Assembly (NCBI GenBank): GCA_944383705.1
Contig: CALWQR010000002.1
Location: forward strand, 5,118-69,117
Source: an uncultured Clostridia bacterium
GTDB taxonomy: Bacteria; Bacillota; Clostridia; Oscillospirales; CAG-272
Direction of reading: 5' to 3'
DNA: 64,000 nt
The notes below the pieces were generated by a model. That model was not told where the DNA came from and made no database searches. It saw only the letters and a program-made list of their open reading frames with translations. The translations under genes and the position numbers were made by a program. Below, piece after piece: positions 18,284 to 26,775 of this stretch; the first letter of the stretch is position 1; every line of letters begins with the position of its first letter.

Positions 18284-19546
18284 ATGGAAATCAAAGATCT
18301 GCTGACGGGGCGGCCGGACTGCGCCTGCGGAATGTCGCACGGCTGCCCGATTGCCTCGGTTGTGATTGAGGAAAATGCCTGCGAGAGCCTGCCCGACCTC
18401 ACCGTGGGCTACGAGCACATCCTGGTGGTGGCCGACCGCAACACCTACGCGGTGGGCGGCGCGGCGGTATCCGGGCAGCTGGGCGTGCGTGCGGCGGACA
18501 CGCTGATTTATCAGACCGATGGGGTTCTGGTGCCGGACGAGACGGCGCTGGCCCTGCTGCGCAGTCACCTGACCCCGCAGACCGATCTGATTCTCGGCAT
18601 CGGCTCCGGCGTCATCAACGATTTGTGCAAGCAGGTCAGCTTTGAGGCCGGTCTGCCGTATTACATCGTGGCAACCGCCCCTTCGATGGATGGCTACGCC
18701 TCGGTGGGCGCGGCGCTGATTCTGGACGGGATGAAGGTGACGCGCACCGCTGCCGTGCCAAAGGCCATCATTGCTGACGTCGGCATCCTCCGGAACGCGC
18801 CGATGGAAATGATACAGGCGGGGTACGGCGACATCATCGGCAAATACTCCTGCCTGAACGACTGGAAGCTGAGCCACGTGGTTACCGGCGAGTACCTGTG
18901 CGAATTTGTCTGGAACGCGACCATGGAGGCAGTGGAGAAGACCGTGCGGCTGGCCGACGGCCTGACCCGGCGGGAGCCCCAGGCCGTGCGCGCTCTGATG
19001 GAGGCGCTGGTGGCGGTGGGCATCCTGATGGCTTATGTCGGCAATTCCCGCCCGGCCTCGGGCAGCGAGCACCACATGGCGCATTTCTTTGAAATTGTGG
19101 GACTGGTGCGCGGGGAGGAGTATTTCCCGCACGGTGTGGACGTCTGCTATTCCGCCGTTGAGACCGCGCGCCTGCGTGAGCGGCTGCTGAATATCCGGGA
19201 TATCCAGACCTTCCGCTATCATTTCAACCGGGCGCTGTACGAGCGCAACATCCGCCGGATTTATGGCTCGGTGGCCGATGAGGTGCTGCAGCTGCAGGAC
19301 CGACTCGGTTGGTACCAGACCGACCGCGTGGCGGTGTACCGCGAGCGCTGGCCTGAGATCTGCCAGGTGCTCTCCGAGGCCCCCTCCCCGGCCGGTATGC
19401 AGGCGCTGGTGGAGCGGATCGGGCTTTCCTACCGGCATTTCCGCGAATTTTACGGCGACCGGAAAATCAATGCCGGCCTTGCCTACGCAAAAGACCTCAA
19501 GGACCGCTACACCGTGCTCTGGATGTACGACGACCTGTTCCGCTGA
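18284..19546 (+). CDS. sn-Glycerol-1-phosphate dehydrogenase (AraM/EgsA-like, iron-containing ADH superfamily)
   Basis: GIGSGVINDLCK, TAPSMDGYAS and GSEHHMAHFFE motifs. AAAGGAG RBS lies 9 nt before ATG 18284. Adjacent to a HAD phosphatase, as with araL-araM in Bacillus subtilis. Confidence 0.8.
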   Translation: MEIKDLLTGRPDCACGMSHGCPIASVVIEENACESLPDLTVGYEHILVVADRNTYAVGGAAVSGQLGVRAADTLIYQTDGVLVPDETALALLRSHLTPQTDLILGIGSGVINDLCKQVSFEAGLPYYIVATAPSMDGYASVGAALILDGMKVTRTAAVPKAIIADVGILRNAPMEMIQAGYGDIIGKYSCLNDWKLSHVVTGEYLCEFVWNATMEAVEKTVRLADGLTRREPQAVRALMEALVAVGILMAYVGNSRPASGSEHHMAHFFEIVGLVRGEEYFPHGVDVCYSAVETARLRERLLNIRDIQTFRYHFNRALYERNIRRIYGSVADEVLQLQDRLGWYQTDRVAVYRERWPEICQVLSEAPSPAGMQALVERIGLSYRHFREFYGDRKINAGLAYAKDLKDRYTVLWMYDDLFR

Positions 19547-19567
19547 CCCGGCGCAGACCCCCGGAGT

Positions 19568-20183
19568 GGGGAGTTCCGCCAGAGAAGAAGACCTTGGAGG
19601 GGCCGCCTCTTTCGGAGAGGCAGTCCCCTCCAAACCTCCCCTTGCGAGAACTTCCCCAGCCGCTGCCCGCCTGTTTGGTATAAACGCGAATGACAGCGCT
19701 CCGCCGGCGGGCGGCAGCCGGGGAAGTCTTCTTTGGGGAGGTGCGCAAAAAAACAAGGGCAATATCGCCATGAAACGCGATTTGCCCTGCATATCAGAAA
19801 ACCGGACAGCCGCCATGGGTTGCCCGGTTTTTGACGTTTTAGGTGAATTCATATGTATAAGCGTCAGCGTTTATCCTTGCTTTTTTATTGGACGCTGTCC
19901 TCTACTGGTTGCTCACTGTTCATTGTTAATTGCTGACCGCGCAAAAGAGCCGATATTCTGGAGTCACGCTATCCGACCGCGTCCGTTCGCAATCTCCCAA
20001 AAATTCATCCGCCCCCAAAAGAAATTCCCCGGCGCAGGCCCCCAGGTATACCATTTGCAATACAGTATGCAATACTGGGGGCCTTGCGCCGGGGAAGGTC
20101 TCGCCGGGGGAGGCCCCCGAGGGACCGGCCTCTCCTTAAGAGGCGGGTCCCTCCAAGGTCTTTCCCACTGGCGGAACTCTCCC
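19568..20183 (-). repeat. Composite palindromic repeat element, copy A (inverted relative to copies B and C), ORF-less
   Basis: By eye, most of its length aligns closely with the reverse complement of 41725-42339; the middle (about 19835-20020) is divergent. Its right arm aligns with the arms of 37265-38150. Termini GGGGAGTTCCGCCAG (19568-19582) and CTGGCGGAACTCTCCC (20168-20183) are inverted repeats. Confidence 0.85.
19797..19833. terminator. Bidirectional terminator-like hairpin inside element A, between convergent genes
   Basis: AAAACCGGACAGCC-GCCATG-GGTTGCCCGGTTTTT: a 14-bp stem (one mismatch, one wobble) flanked by an A-tract and a T-tract. Confidence 0.6.
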
Positions 20184-22826
20184 TCAGCGAAATTCGGTTT
20201 CGCCGTCCGGGAGGTAGACGTGTGTGCGGAGAATCGAGTATTCCTCTTCTGTCGGGTTGCCCGAGAGGATACCGCACTCCCGCCGGGCGGCCTGAATCAG
20301 CAGCTCGGGGTTGAGGTAGCTCCCTTCGCTGGCCGAGAGCCTCGCGCGGATGCGGATAACGCCTGGCTGCGCAGGGTCATATACCGTTTGCACACGGCGG
20401 ATCAGCGGAATCAGGTCAACCTCCTTCTCGCCTGACTTGCTCTTTTTGGTCATGGTCAGCGGTGAGGTGGTATACAGCGCCTGCAGCCGCCCGGCCGTTT
20501 CCGCATCGGCGCCGGCAAAGCGCAGCACAATTTCATAATCCGCCCAGCCGATGTCACGGAATTTCGTTTCGGGCTCGTAGGCCTCGGATACGCGCATCTC
20601 GTCGGTCAGCTCGCGGTTGAGCCGCCCGACCAGCTCCTCGGGGGGCATGTCGCGGTCCAGACGCAGGTCCAGCAGCTCGCACTCGCTTTCGGTTCCCACC
20701 GAAAGCGGCAGACCGAAGGTCACCTTGGCGTGGGGATTGAAGCCCTGCGTATACCACATCGGAATCCCGGCGCGCACCAGCACCCGCGCCAGGGTGCGCT
20801 GCAGGTCCAGGTGAGAGATGTATTGCAGGCTACCCACCTTGCGGAAGCGGACGCGCATGGTTTTGGGGGACTCCAGCCGGGGCCAGGCCCGCAGCGCCTC
20901 CTGCCGGTCGGGCAGGCGGGGCAGGGCCGGGGCGGTGGTGGGCTCGGGCGGACATTCGGCCACGTGCGGGCATACCGCGCGCACGCCCCCCAGCCGGTTG
21001 GCGCCGCAGCCGCTGCAGCTCTCGCGGCAGTTGGGCGTTGTCCTGCCGGCGTAGGCCTTTTCGCGCTCGCGCAGCAGAAATTCCTTGCTCACGCCGCAGT
21101 CGATGATGTCCCAGGGCAGCACCTCGTCGGCGCCATAGGCCCGGTTGGCGTAAAAGGCCGGATCGATTCCGGTGCGGGCAAACACCTCCATCCAGCGCTC
21201 ATAGCTGAAGAACTCGTCCCATGCGTCAAAGCAAAAGCCCTCGCGGCAGGCGAGCTCCAGCGCGGCAGAGAGCCGCCGGTCGCCCCGCGCCAGCACGGCC
21301 TCCACGCGGCTGACCTCGGCGTTGTGATGCTGGTAGCGGATGTGCCGGTTGGTGATTTTGCTGCCCAGATAGCGCTGTTTTTCGGCCAGCGTTTCCATCG
21401 TGTCCTGCGCCTCCCACTGAAAGGGCGTGAAGGGCTTGGGGATGAAGCAGGAAACGCTCACGGTCACCTGCACCTGCCGCGCCTTGTTGCGGTTGGGGTT
21501 TGCGTAATAGGCCTCCACCACCCGTTCGGCCAGCCGGGCAATGCCCTCCAGGTCCTCGGGCGTCTCGGTCGGCAGCCCCTCCATGAAATAGAGCTTGACC
21601 GCGCTCTTACCCGCGTCAAAGGCCACCTGCATGGCGCGCAGCACGTCCTCCTCCCGCACGTTCTTGTTGATGACGTCGCGCAGCCGCTGGGTGCCGGCCT
21701 CGGGCGCAAAGGTCAGGGAGGAGGCGCGCACCGAATCGATGCGGTCCATCAGCTCCCGGCGGAAGCTGTCCACCCGCAGAGAGGGCAGAGAAATGCTCAC
21801 CATGTTTTCGTCGGTCCAGGAGAGCAGCCTGTCGCAGAGCGGCTCGAGCGTGGTGTAGTCGCTGATCGAGAGCGAGGAGAGCGACAGTTCCTCGTATCCG
21901 GTGCTGCGGTAGAGGCATTCGGCCTGCCGGTTGAGCACCTCGGGGGTCTTTTCGCGCACCGGGCGGTAGATCATACCGGCCTGGCAGAAGCGGCAGCCCC
22001 GGATGCAGCCGCGGTAGACCTCAAGCATGATGCGGTCGTGCACGGTTTCGATGTAGGGCATCACCACCTTGTCCGGGAAATAGACGCGGTCCAGGTCTCG
22101 CACAATCTGCTTCTGCACCCGGGCGGGAATGTCGTCATAAACCGGGGTATAGGCCTCAATGGTACCGTCGGGACGGTAGCTCACGCGGTAGAGCGAGGGG
22201 ACGTACACGCCGGGAATGCTGCGCGCCGCCTCGTGCAGAAATTCCGCGCGGGTGTAGCGCCCCTCCTCCTTCATGCGGATGTAGAGGCGGACAATCGCGG
22301 GGAGCATGTTCTCCCCCTCCCCGATGTTGAACAGGTCGAAAAAGTCGGCCACCGGCTCGGGATTGAAGGCGCAGGGACCGCCGCCGATGACCAGCGGGTC
22401 GTCCTCCCCGCGGGTCTCGGCGCGCAGCGGAATGCCGGCCAGGTCCAGCATGTTGAGCACGTTGGTGTAGCTCATTTCATATTGCAGCGTGAAGCCGACA
22501 AAATCGAAGCAGTCCAAGGGGTCCTTGCTTTCCAGCGCCACCAGGGGCAGGCCGTGCGTCCGCATCTGCTCCTGCATGTCCACCCAGGGGTCGTATACCC
22601 GTTCGCACCAGATGTCGGAATGGGAATTGAGCGCGCCGTAAAGCAGGCGGACGCCGAGATTGGACATGCCGATTTCATAGGTGTCCGGGAAGCAGAAGGC
22701 AAACCGGGCCTTGACCGCGGAGCGATCCTTGATCACCTCGCCGTACTCCCCGCCGGCGTAGCGGCCGGGCTTGGAGACCGATTTGAGAATGGTGCTGTTG
22801 GGCCGGTTGATTGGTTTGGTTTTCAT
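20184..22826 (-). CDS. B12-binding-domain radical SAM protein (TIGR03960-type) fused to a TIGR03936/DUF2344 domain
   Basis: N-terminus SKPGRYAGGEYGEVIKD...FAFCFPDTYEIGMSNLGVRLLY is diagnostic of this family. CxxxCxxC is present as YRGCIRGCRFCQAG. The C-terminal 250 aa (MRVRFRKVGSLQYISHLDL) matches DUF2344. Confidence 0.85.
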   Translation of the reverse strand: MKTKPINRPNSTILKSVSKPGRYAGGEYGEVIKDRSAVKARFAFCFPDTYEIGMSNLGVRLLYGALNSHSDIWCERVYDPWVDMQEQMRTHGLPLVALESKDPLDCFDFVGFTLQYEMSYTNVLNMLDLAGIPLRAETRGEDDPLVIGGGPCAFNPEPVADFFDLFNIGEGENMLPAIVRLYIRMKEEGRYTRAEFLHEAARSIPGVYVPSLYRVSYRPDGTIEAYTPVYDDIPARVQKQIVRDLDRVYFPDKVVMPYIETVHDRIMLEVYRGCIRGCRFCQAGMIYRPVREKTPEVLNRQAECLYRSTGYEELSLSSLSISDYTTLEPLCDRLLSWTDENMVSISLPSLRVDSFRRELMDRIDSVRASSLTFAPEAGTQRLRDVINKNVREEDVLRAMQVAFDAGKSAVKLYFMEGLPTETPEDLEGIARLAERVVEAYYANPNRNKARQVQVTVSVSCFIPKPFTPFQWEAQDTMETLAEKQRYLGSKITNRHIRYQHHNAEVSRVEAVLARGDRRLSAALELACREGFCFDAWDEFFSYERWMEVFARTGIDPAFYANRAYGADEVLPWDIIDCGVSKEFLLREREKAYAGRTTPNCRESCSGCGANRLGGVRAVCPHVAECPPEPTTAPALPRLPDRQEALRAWPRLESPKTMRVRFRKVGSLQYISHLDLQRTLARVLVRAGIPMWYTQGFNPHAKVTFGLPLSVGTESECELLDLRLDRDMPPEELVGRLNRELTDEMRVSEAYEPETKFRDIGWADYEIVLRFAGADAETAGRLQALYTTSPLTMTKKSKSGEKEVDLIPLIRRVQTVYDPAQPGVIRIRARLSASEGSYLNPELLIQAARRECGILSGNPTEEEYSILRTHVYLPDGETEFR

Positions 22827-22905
22827 TGATGTGTAGAATCCCTTTCGTATACCGAGAGCGCCCCGCCCGCCGCGCAGCGCGGCGGGAAGAGGGCGCGTGT
22901 GTGGA

Positions 22906-25900
22906 TTATTCGTCCGGACGCAGGCCGAAGCGCGTCAGAAAAAAGGAGATTGCCAGCCACAGCCCGCGGAAGAGCATGGGGAAGAGCACCAGCATGGCCG
23001 GCAGAAAGAGGCTGCGGTTGAGGAAGAGCAGCAGGGCGGCCAGCGCGCCGGCGGCAATTCCGGCCAGCTGCAGCCGCACCCCGGCGGTGCGCACCCGGCG
23101 GATTTCCGCCGCGGCTGCCAGGGGCAGGGCAATGTCATACACCTTTCCCAGCGCCACCGCGCCGCTGTCCGCCACCTCCTGCAGGGCGTCGGGCTCGTAG
23201 CGGCCGGGCTTGATGACCCGCACGTATCCGGCGTCATCCGGCCGGCTGCTCCGCAAAAATGCCTCGTTGAGGTTGGGGTCGTAGGTCTGAATGGCGGTGG
23301 TTGTATCGGATTCGGCCAGCAGCAGGGCCATTTCCTCAAACGAGGAGGCAACGGTGTACTCAATTTCATAGCTCAGCCGCAGTACGCCGTCAATTGCCAC
23401 ATACATCAGGCTGACATTCTTGGCGCGCTGTCCGGTGCGGTCGGTGGTTTCCCGCGGGACGCGCACTCCGCTTTTTGCAAGGAAGGCGGCGTTCCCGGCC
23501 AGCAGGTGATAGCGGTTGTCCACCACCGCCTCGGTGCCGTTTTCGGTCAGCCGTACAAAGGCCACCGGCGGGTCGTCGCTGCTGTGCAGCGGGGCGTTTT
23601 GCCCCACGGCGCCCAGCGTGCCGCTCATTTTGCGGAACAGGACGCCGGCCAGGCGCATATCCTGCCGGAAGTCCTCCCCCTCCCGCACCGAAATCTGTGT
23701 GCACCTCTGGGCGGTGTACATGTCGCTGTCATTGAAGATTACGGTTTTGGGCCGGCTGTATTCCTCCACCGATTCCTCACCGATCAGCGCGCAGTTGCGG
23801 CGGGAGAGGATGGCGTTGGCCCGGCAGAGCGGGTAAAAATAGAGCAGAAGCGAGGAGGTGGGGAGCGTGAACATCAGGAAGAGCGAGAAGGCCTGCAGCG
23901 CTCCGCCGAAGCTGTCGGACAGAATTCCACCGCCGATTCCCCCGAGCACGGCCAGAGCCACGGCCGATGCGATGAAAGCGGTGAACGGGCTCGATGCGTC
24001 CGAAAAATCGTTGCACCGGCGGAAGAATCCGGCAAGCTGTGCGGTGCGGCGGACGCGGTACAGGGCTTCGTCCACGTCGTCGTTGATGATTTTGACGATC
24101 CTGTCCCCGGCGCGCAGTTTTTTCTTGCGGGGCTCGGCGGTTTCCAGCACGGTTTTCTCGCCGTCGGCCGCAGCAATGCGGCAGACCCGCATCTCATCCG
24201 AAAGCCGCAGTGCGTCGCACACCGCGCACACCAGCAGCAGGCCGGACGCCGAGAGATTCAGGGGCAGCGCACCGTCTCCCGAGACGAGCAGCGAGAGCGC
24301 GCCGGTCAGCAGCGAGAGCGGGACAAACAGGCCGGCGGCCGAATAGGGCGTGGGGGTAAAGCGGAACAGACTGCGCAGCCCGGCCGTGATCTGCCGCAGC
24401 GAGAACAGCCCGGCCGCGCAGAGCAGCAGCAGGCCCAGCGCCGGGAAGAGCAGGGGGGCGGCCTCGGTATAGGGCGCAAGAGCGCCGCCGAACAGCCCGG
24501 GCAGGTCGATCGGAATCAGCAGCAGCGTGCAGAGCGCGGTGAACAGCAGGCGCAGCATCAGCCGCCGCCGGTCATGCGCGTAGTGCTCCAGCATCAGCTC
24601 CCGCCGGGGGGCGCCCCCGGTAAAGGCAGGGTTGCGGTAGCCAAAGGCGGTGCGGTACTGCCCGCTGTCGGCCTCCGCCTGCGTGCGGCGGATGTGGTCG
24701 AACTTCAGCCGGCGCAGCGCGTCATAGCCCACCAGGCGCCCCAGCTCGTTTTCGTATCCCAGCTCAAAAATCAGGGCCACGTCGTCCTCGGTCAGATTGG
24801 TCTTTTTTTCGATCAGGGCAATTGCGTTCATGGCCTCTTCGGCCCGCTTTTGCTTCTTTTCCTTCATCACCGCAAAGACCGATTGCTTCCGGGTCTGCAC
24901 CACCTCGGGCTCCTCCATCGGCAGCACCTCCATGGGGCTCTCCTCGGGGACAATCTCGTCCAGCGCCTCGTCCAGGTTGTCGTCCTCGGGCAGGGCGGCA
25001 ATCGGCGTGCGGTTGATGCGCATCGGGCGCTTTTTGGCCGGATGCATCCTGGGCCCGGCCGGACGCAGCCCCGGCCGCGGCGGCTTGGGCGGCGTCTTTC
25101 CGGGAGCTCTGGTGGTTGTATTGCCGGCTCCCGGCGCGGACGTGCGCGCCTGGGGCGCCGGCCCGGAGGCTGCCGCTGCCGGAGCGGTCTTTGGAGCGTC
25201 CGCGGCTCTGCGCGCCTGCGGTGCGGGCGCGGCAGCTTCCGGTGCGGGCTTGGCGGCCTGCGGAGCAGATTGGTTTGCCTGCGGAGCGGATTTGGTTGTT
25301 TCCGGCGCGGGCTTGTTTGCCTTCGGCGCGGGCGCGGCTTTTGCGGCTGACGCCTGCGGCTGTTCGGGAGAGGTGGCCTGCCCGGCCGCGGGCCGCGGCT
25401 GTTCTGCCTGCGGGGAGGGGCTGGGCGGGACCTGCTGCTCCGGGCGCCCGGCTTTCTGCGGTGCGGCCGCAGCCGGTGCGGCGGGCGGATCGAGACGCTT
25501 CGGCGCGTCCGGACGGTCGGTCTGCCTGGGCTTGATGACAATCGGCGCCTGCGGCTGCGCTGCCGGCTGCACCGGTGGAATGACAATTGCTTCCGCCGGC
25601 TGTGTAGGTTTCACTGCCGGTTGCTGTTGCTTTGCCTCCGGCTGCGTCAGCCTGACCTTCGGCTTTTCCTCTGGCTGTGCCGGTTTCGCCGCCGGTTGTG
25701 GCTGCTTTGCCTCCGGCTGTGACGGCTTAACCTTTGGCTTTTCCTCGGGCTGCGCCGGTTTTGCCGCCGGTTGTGGCTGTTTTGCCTCTGGCTGTGACAG
25801 CTTGACCTTCGGCTTTTCCTCGGGCTGTGCCGGTTTCGCCGCTGGTTGTGGCTGCTTTGCCTCTGGCTGTGACGGTTTAACCTTCGGCTTTTCCTCGGGC

Positions 25901-26742
25901 TGTGCCGGTTTCGCCGCTGGTTGTGGCTGCTTTGCCTCTGGCTGTGACGGTTTAACCTTCGGCTTATCCTCGGGCTGCGCCGGTTTCACTGTTGGCTGTG
26001 GCTGCTTTGCCTCCGGCTGCGACTGCCTGACCTTTGGTTTTCCCTCCGGCTGTGGCTGCTTTGCCTCCGGTTGCGCCGGCTTTTCCGGTGGCTCGGTTGC
26101 CGCCGATGCGGTTTTGCCTGCGTTGGATGCGGCTTTTGCCGTTTCGGCTGCGGGCTTGGTTTCTTTGGCTGCGGCTTTGGAGTCTTCGGGGTCAACCTTG
26201 GCCGCCGTGGGAACACTGTCGGCGGTCAGCTTCAAAAGGGCTTCGGGCAGCTTCTGCTCCCCGGATATCCCGTCCTCCGCCGGCAGTTCCTCCTGCGCCG
26301 TCAGGGCCCGGATGGGCGCGGGGGCGGCGCTGTGGGCGGTCTTCTGCCCGCTTCTTTTTTTCGTTTTTGGCTGTTCCTCCGGCGCCGCGTCTGGCTCTGC
26401 TTTCCGGGGGCTTGCCGGGGACGTCCTGCCGGCCGGCTCCGGCTCCGGAGACGCTTTTTTTCCGGCTTTTTGCCGTTCGGTCCGGTCCGGCGTCTGTTTC
26501 CCGGCCTTGCCGGCCGGCTTTTCGGGCGGGGCTGGTGTGTCCCCGTCGTTCGCGGCAGGAGGCTGCCGGCTCTCCTCGCCGGAAACCCGGTTGAGCATTC
26601 CGGCAATTTTGTTCTGAAAATCCACCTCGTCCGCGTCCGGCTTCTGCTTCCGTCCGGACGGTTCCTGGGCGGAGAGCACCGCCTGCTGCAGCTTTTGCAG
26701 CAGTTCGTCGGTATTCTGCTGATTGGTCTTTTTGGCTTTCAT
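22906..26742 (-). CDS. 1278-aa protein: long disordered K/P/Q/E/A-rich N-terminal region with 25-aa tandem repeats, plus a C-terminal polytopic domain resembling a catalytically degenerate P-type (P1B-like) ATPase
   Basis: AAAGGAG RBS precedes ATG 26742. The C-terminal about 700 aa has TM helices and, by eye, aligns to heavy-metal P-type ATPases: ...ALIGEESVEEYSRPKTVIFNDSDMYT at the DKTGT position, TYDPN at TGDN, and GKVYDIALPLAAA at GDGxNDAPAL. Confidence 0.75.
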   Translation of the reverse strand: MKAKKTNQQNTDELLQKLQQAVLSAQEPSGRKQKPDADEVDFQNKIAGMLNRVSGEESRQPPAANDGDTPAPPEKPAGKAGKQTPDRTERQKAGKKASPEPEPAGRTSPASPRKAEPDAAPEEQPKTKKRSGQKTAHSAAPAPIRALTAQEELPAEDGISGEQKLPEALLKLTADSVPTAAKVDPEDSKAAAKETKPAAETAKAASNAGKTASAATEPPEKPAQPEAKQPQPEGKPKVRQSQPEAKQPQPTVKPAQPEDKPKVKPSQPEAKQPQPAAKPAQPEEKPKVKPSQPEAKQPQPAAKPAQPEEKPKVKLSQPEAKQPQPAAKPAQPEEKPKVKPSQPEAKQPQPAAKPAQPEEKPKVRLTQPEAKQQQPAVKPTQPAEAIVIPPVQPAAQPQAPIVIKPRQTDRPDAPKRLDPPAAPAAAAPQKAGRPEQQVPPSPSPQAEQPRPAAGQATSPEQPQASAAKAAPAPKANKPAPETTKSAPQANQSAPQAAKPAPEAAAPAPQARRAADAPKTAPAAAASGPAPQARTSAPGAGNTTTRAPGKTPPKPPRPGLRPAGPRMHPAKKRPMRINRTPIAALPEDDNLDEALDEIVPEESPMEVLPMEEPEVVQTRKQSVFAVMKEKKQKRAEEAMNAIALIEKKTNLTEDDVALIFELGYENELGRLVGYDALRRLKFDHIRRTQAEADSGQYRTAFGYRNPAFTGGAPRRELMLEHYAHDRRRLMLRLLFTALCTLLLIPIDLPGLFGGALAPYTEAAPLLFPALGLLLLCAAGLFSLRQITAGLRSLFRFTPTPYSAAGLFVPLSLLTGALSLLVSGDGALPLNLSASGLLLVCAVCDALRLSDEMRVCRIAAADGEKTVLETAEPRKKKLRAGDRIVKIINDDVDEALYRVRRTAQLAGFFRRCNDFSDASSPFTAFIASAVALAVLGGIGGGILSDSFGGALQAFSLFLMFTLPTSSLLLYFYPLCRANAILSRRNCALIGEESVEEYSRPKTVIFNDSDMYTAQRCTQISVREGEDFRQDMRLAGVLFRKMSGTLGAVGQNAPLHSSDDPPVAFVRLTENGTEAVVDNRYHLLAGNAAFLAKSGVRVPRETTDRTGQRAKNVSLMYVAIDGVLRLSYEIEYTVASSFEEMALLLAESDTTTAIQTYDPNLNEAFLRSSRPDDAGYVRVIKPGRYEPDALQEVADSGAVALGKVYDIALPLAAAAEIRRVRTAGVRLQLAGIAAGALAALLLFLNRSLFLPAMLVLFPMLFRGLWLAISFFLTRFGLRPDE
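25605..26075 (-). repeat. About 6.5 tandem copies of a 75-nt coding repeat (25-aa unit KPKVKPSQPEAKQPQPAAKPAQPEE)
   Basis: The near-identical unit GGCTTTTCCTCGGGCTGTGCCGGTTTCGCCGCTGGTTGTGGCTGCTTTGCCTCTGGCTGTGACGGTTTAACCTTC repeats head to tail on the plus strand. It is in frame with the 22906-26742 CDS. Confidence 0.9.
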
Positions 26743-26775
26743 CGCGCACTCCTTTCCTTCAGAGTGAGTCCCGGC

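Noticed and set aside
19263-20435. ORFs crossing the repeat elements (19263-20435 plus strand; 37158-37946 and 41926-43107 minus strand; 41933-42133 minus strand), which share peptides such as LPCISENRTAAMGCPVFD
   Set aside because: The shared peptide is a by-product of nucleotide identity. Copy B has a 10-nt duplication (TTTCTGATAT) that moves the homologous stretch to another frame. Stops differ between copies. The ORFs run through hairpins and into neighbouring genes. No RBS is present.
20730-22829. 699-aa plus-strand ORF antisense to the radical SAM gene
   Set aside because: Shadow ORF. The minus-strand frame carries the CxxxCxxC radical SAM motif and the family-specific N-terminus.
25605-26075. 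Possible CRISPR array (regular repeats)
   Set aside because: The repeats are contiguous 75-nt units with no unique spacers, lie in frame within a CDS, and there are no cas genes in the window.
24797-26617. 606-aa plus-strand ORF with a striking Cys/Gly/Phe/Ala repeat (GCAGFAAGCGCFASGCDGLTFGFSS), plus the overlapping 22897-25350 ORF
   Set aside because: The periodic peptide is just the antisense reading of the 75-nt K/P/Q/E repeat. The minus-strand frame has a strong RBS, runs uninterrupted for 1278 codons and continues into a recognisable membrane domain.
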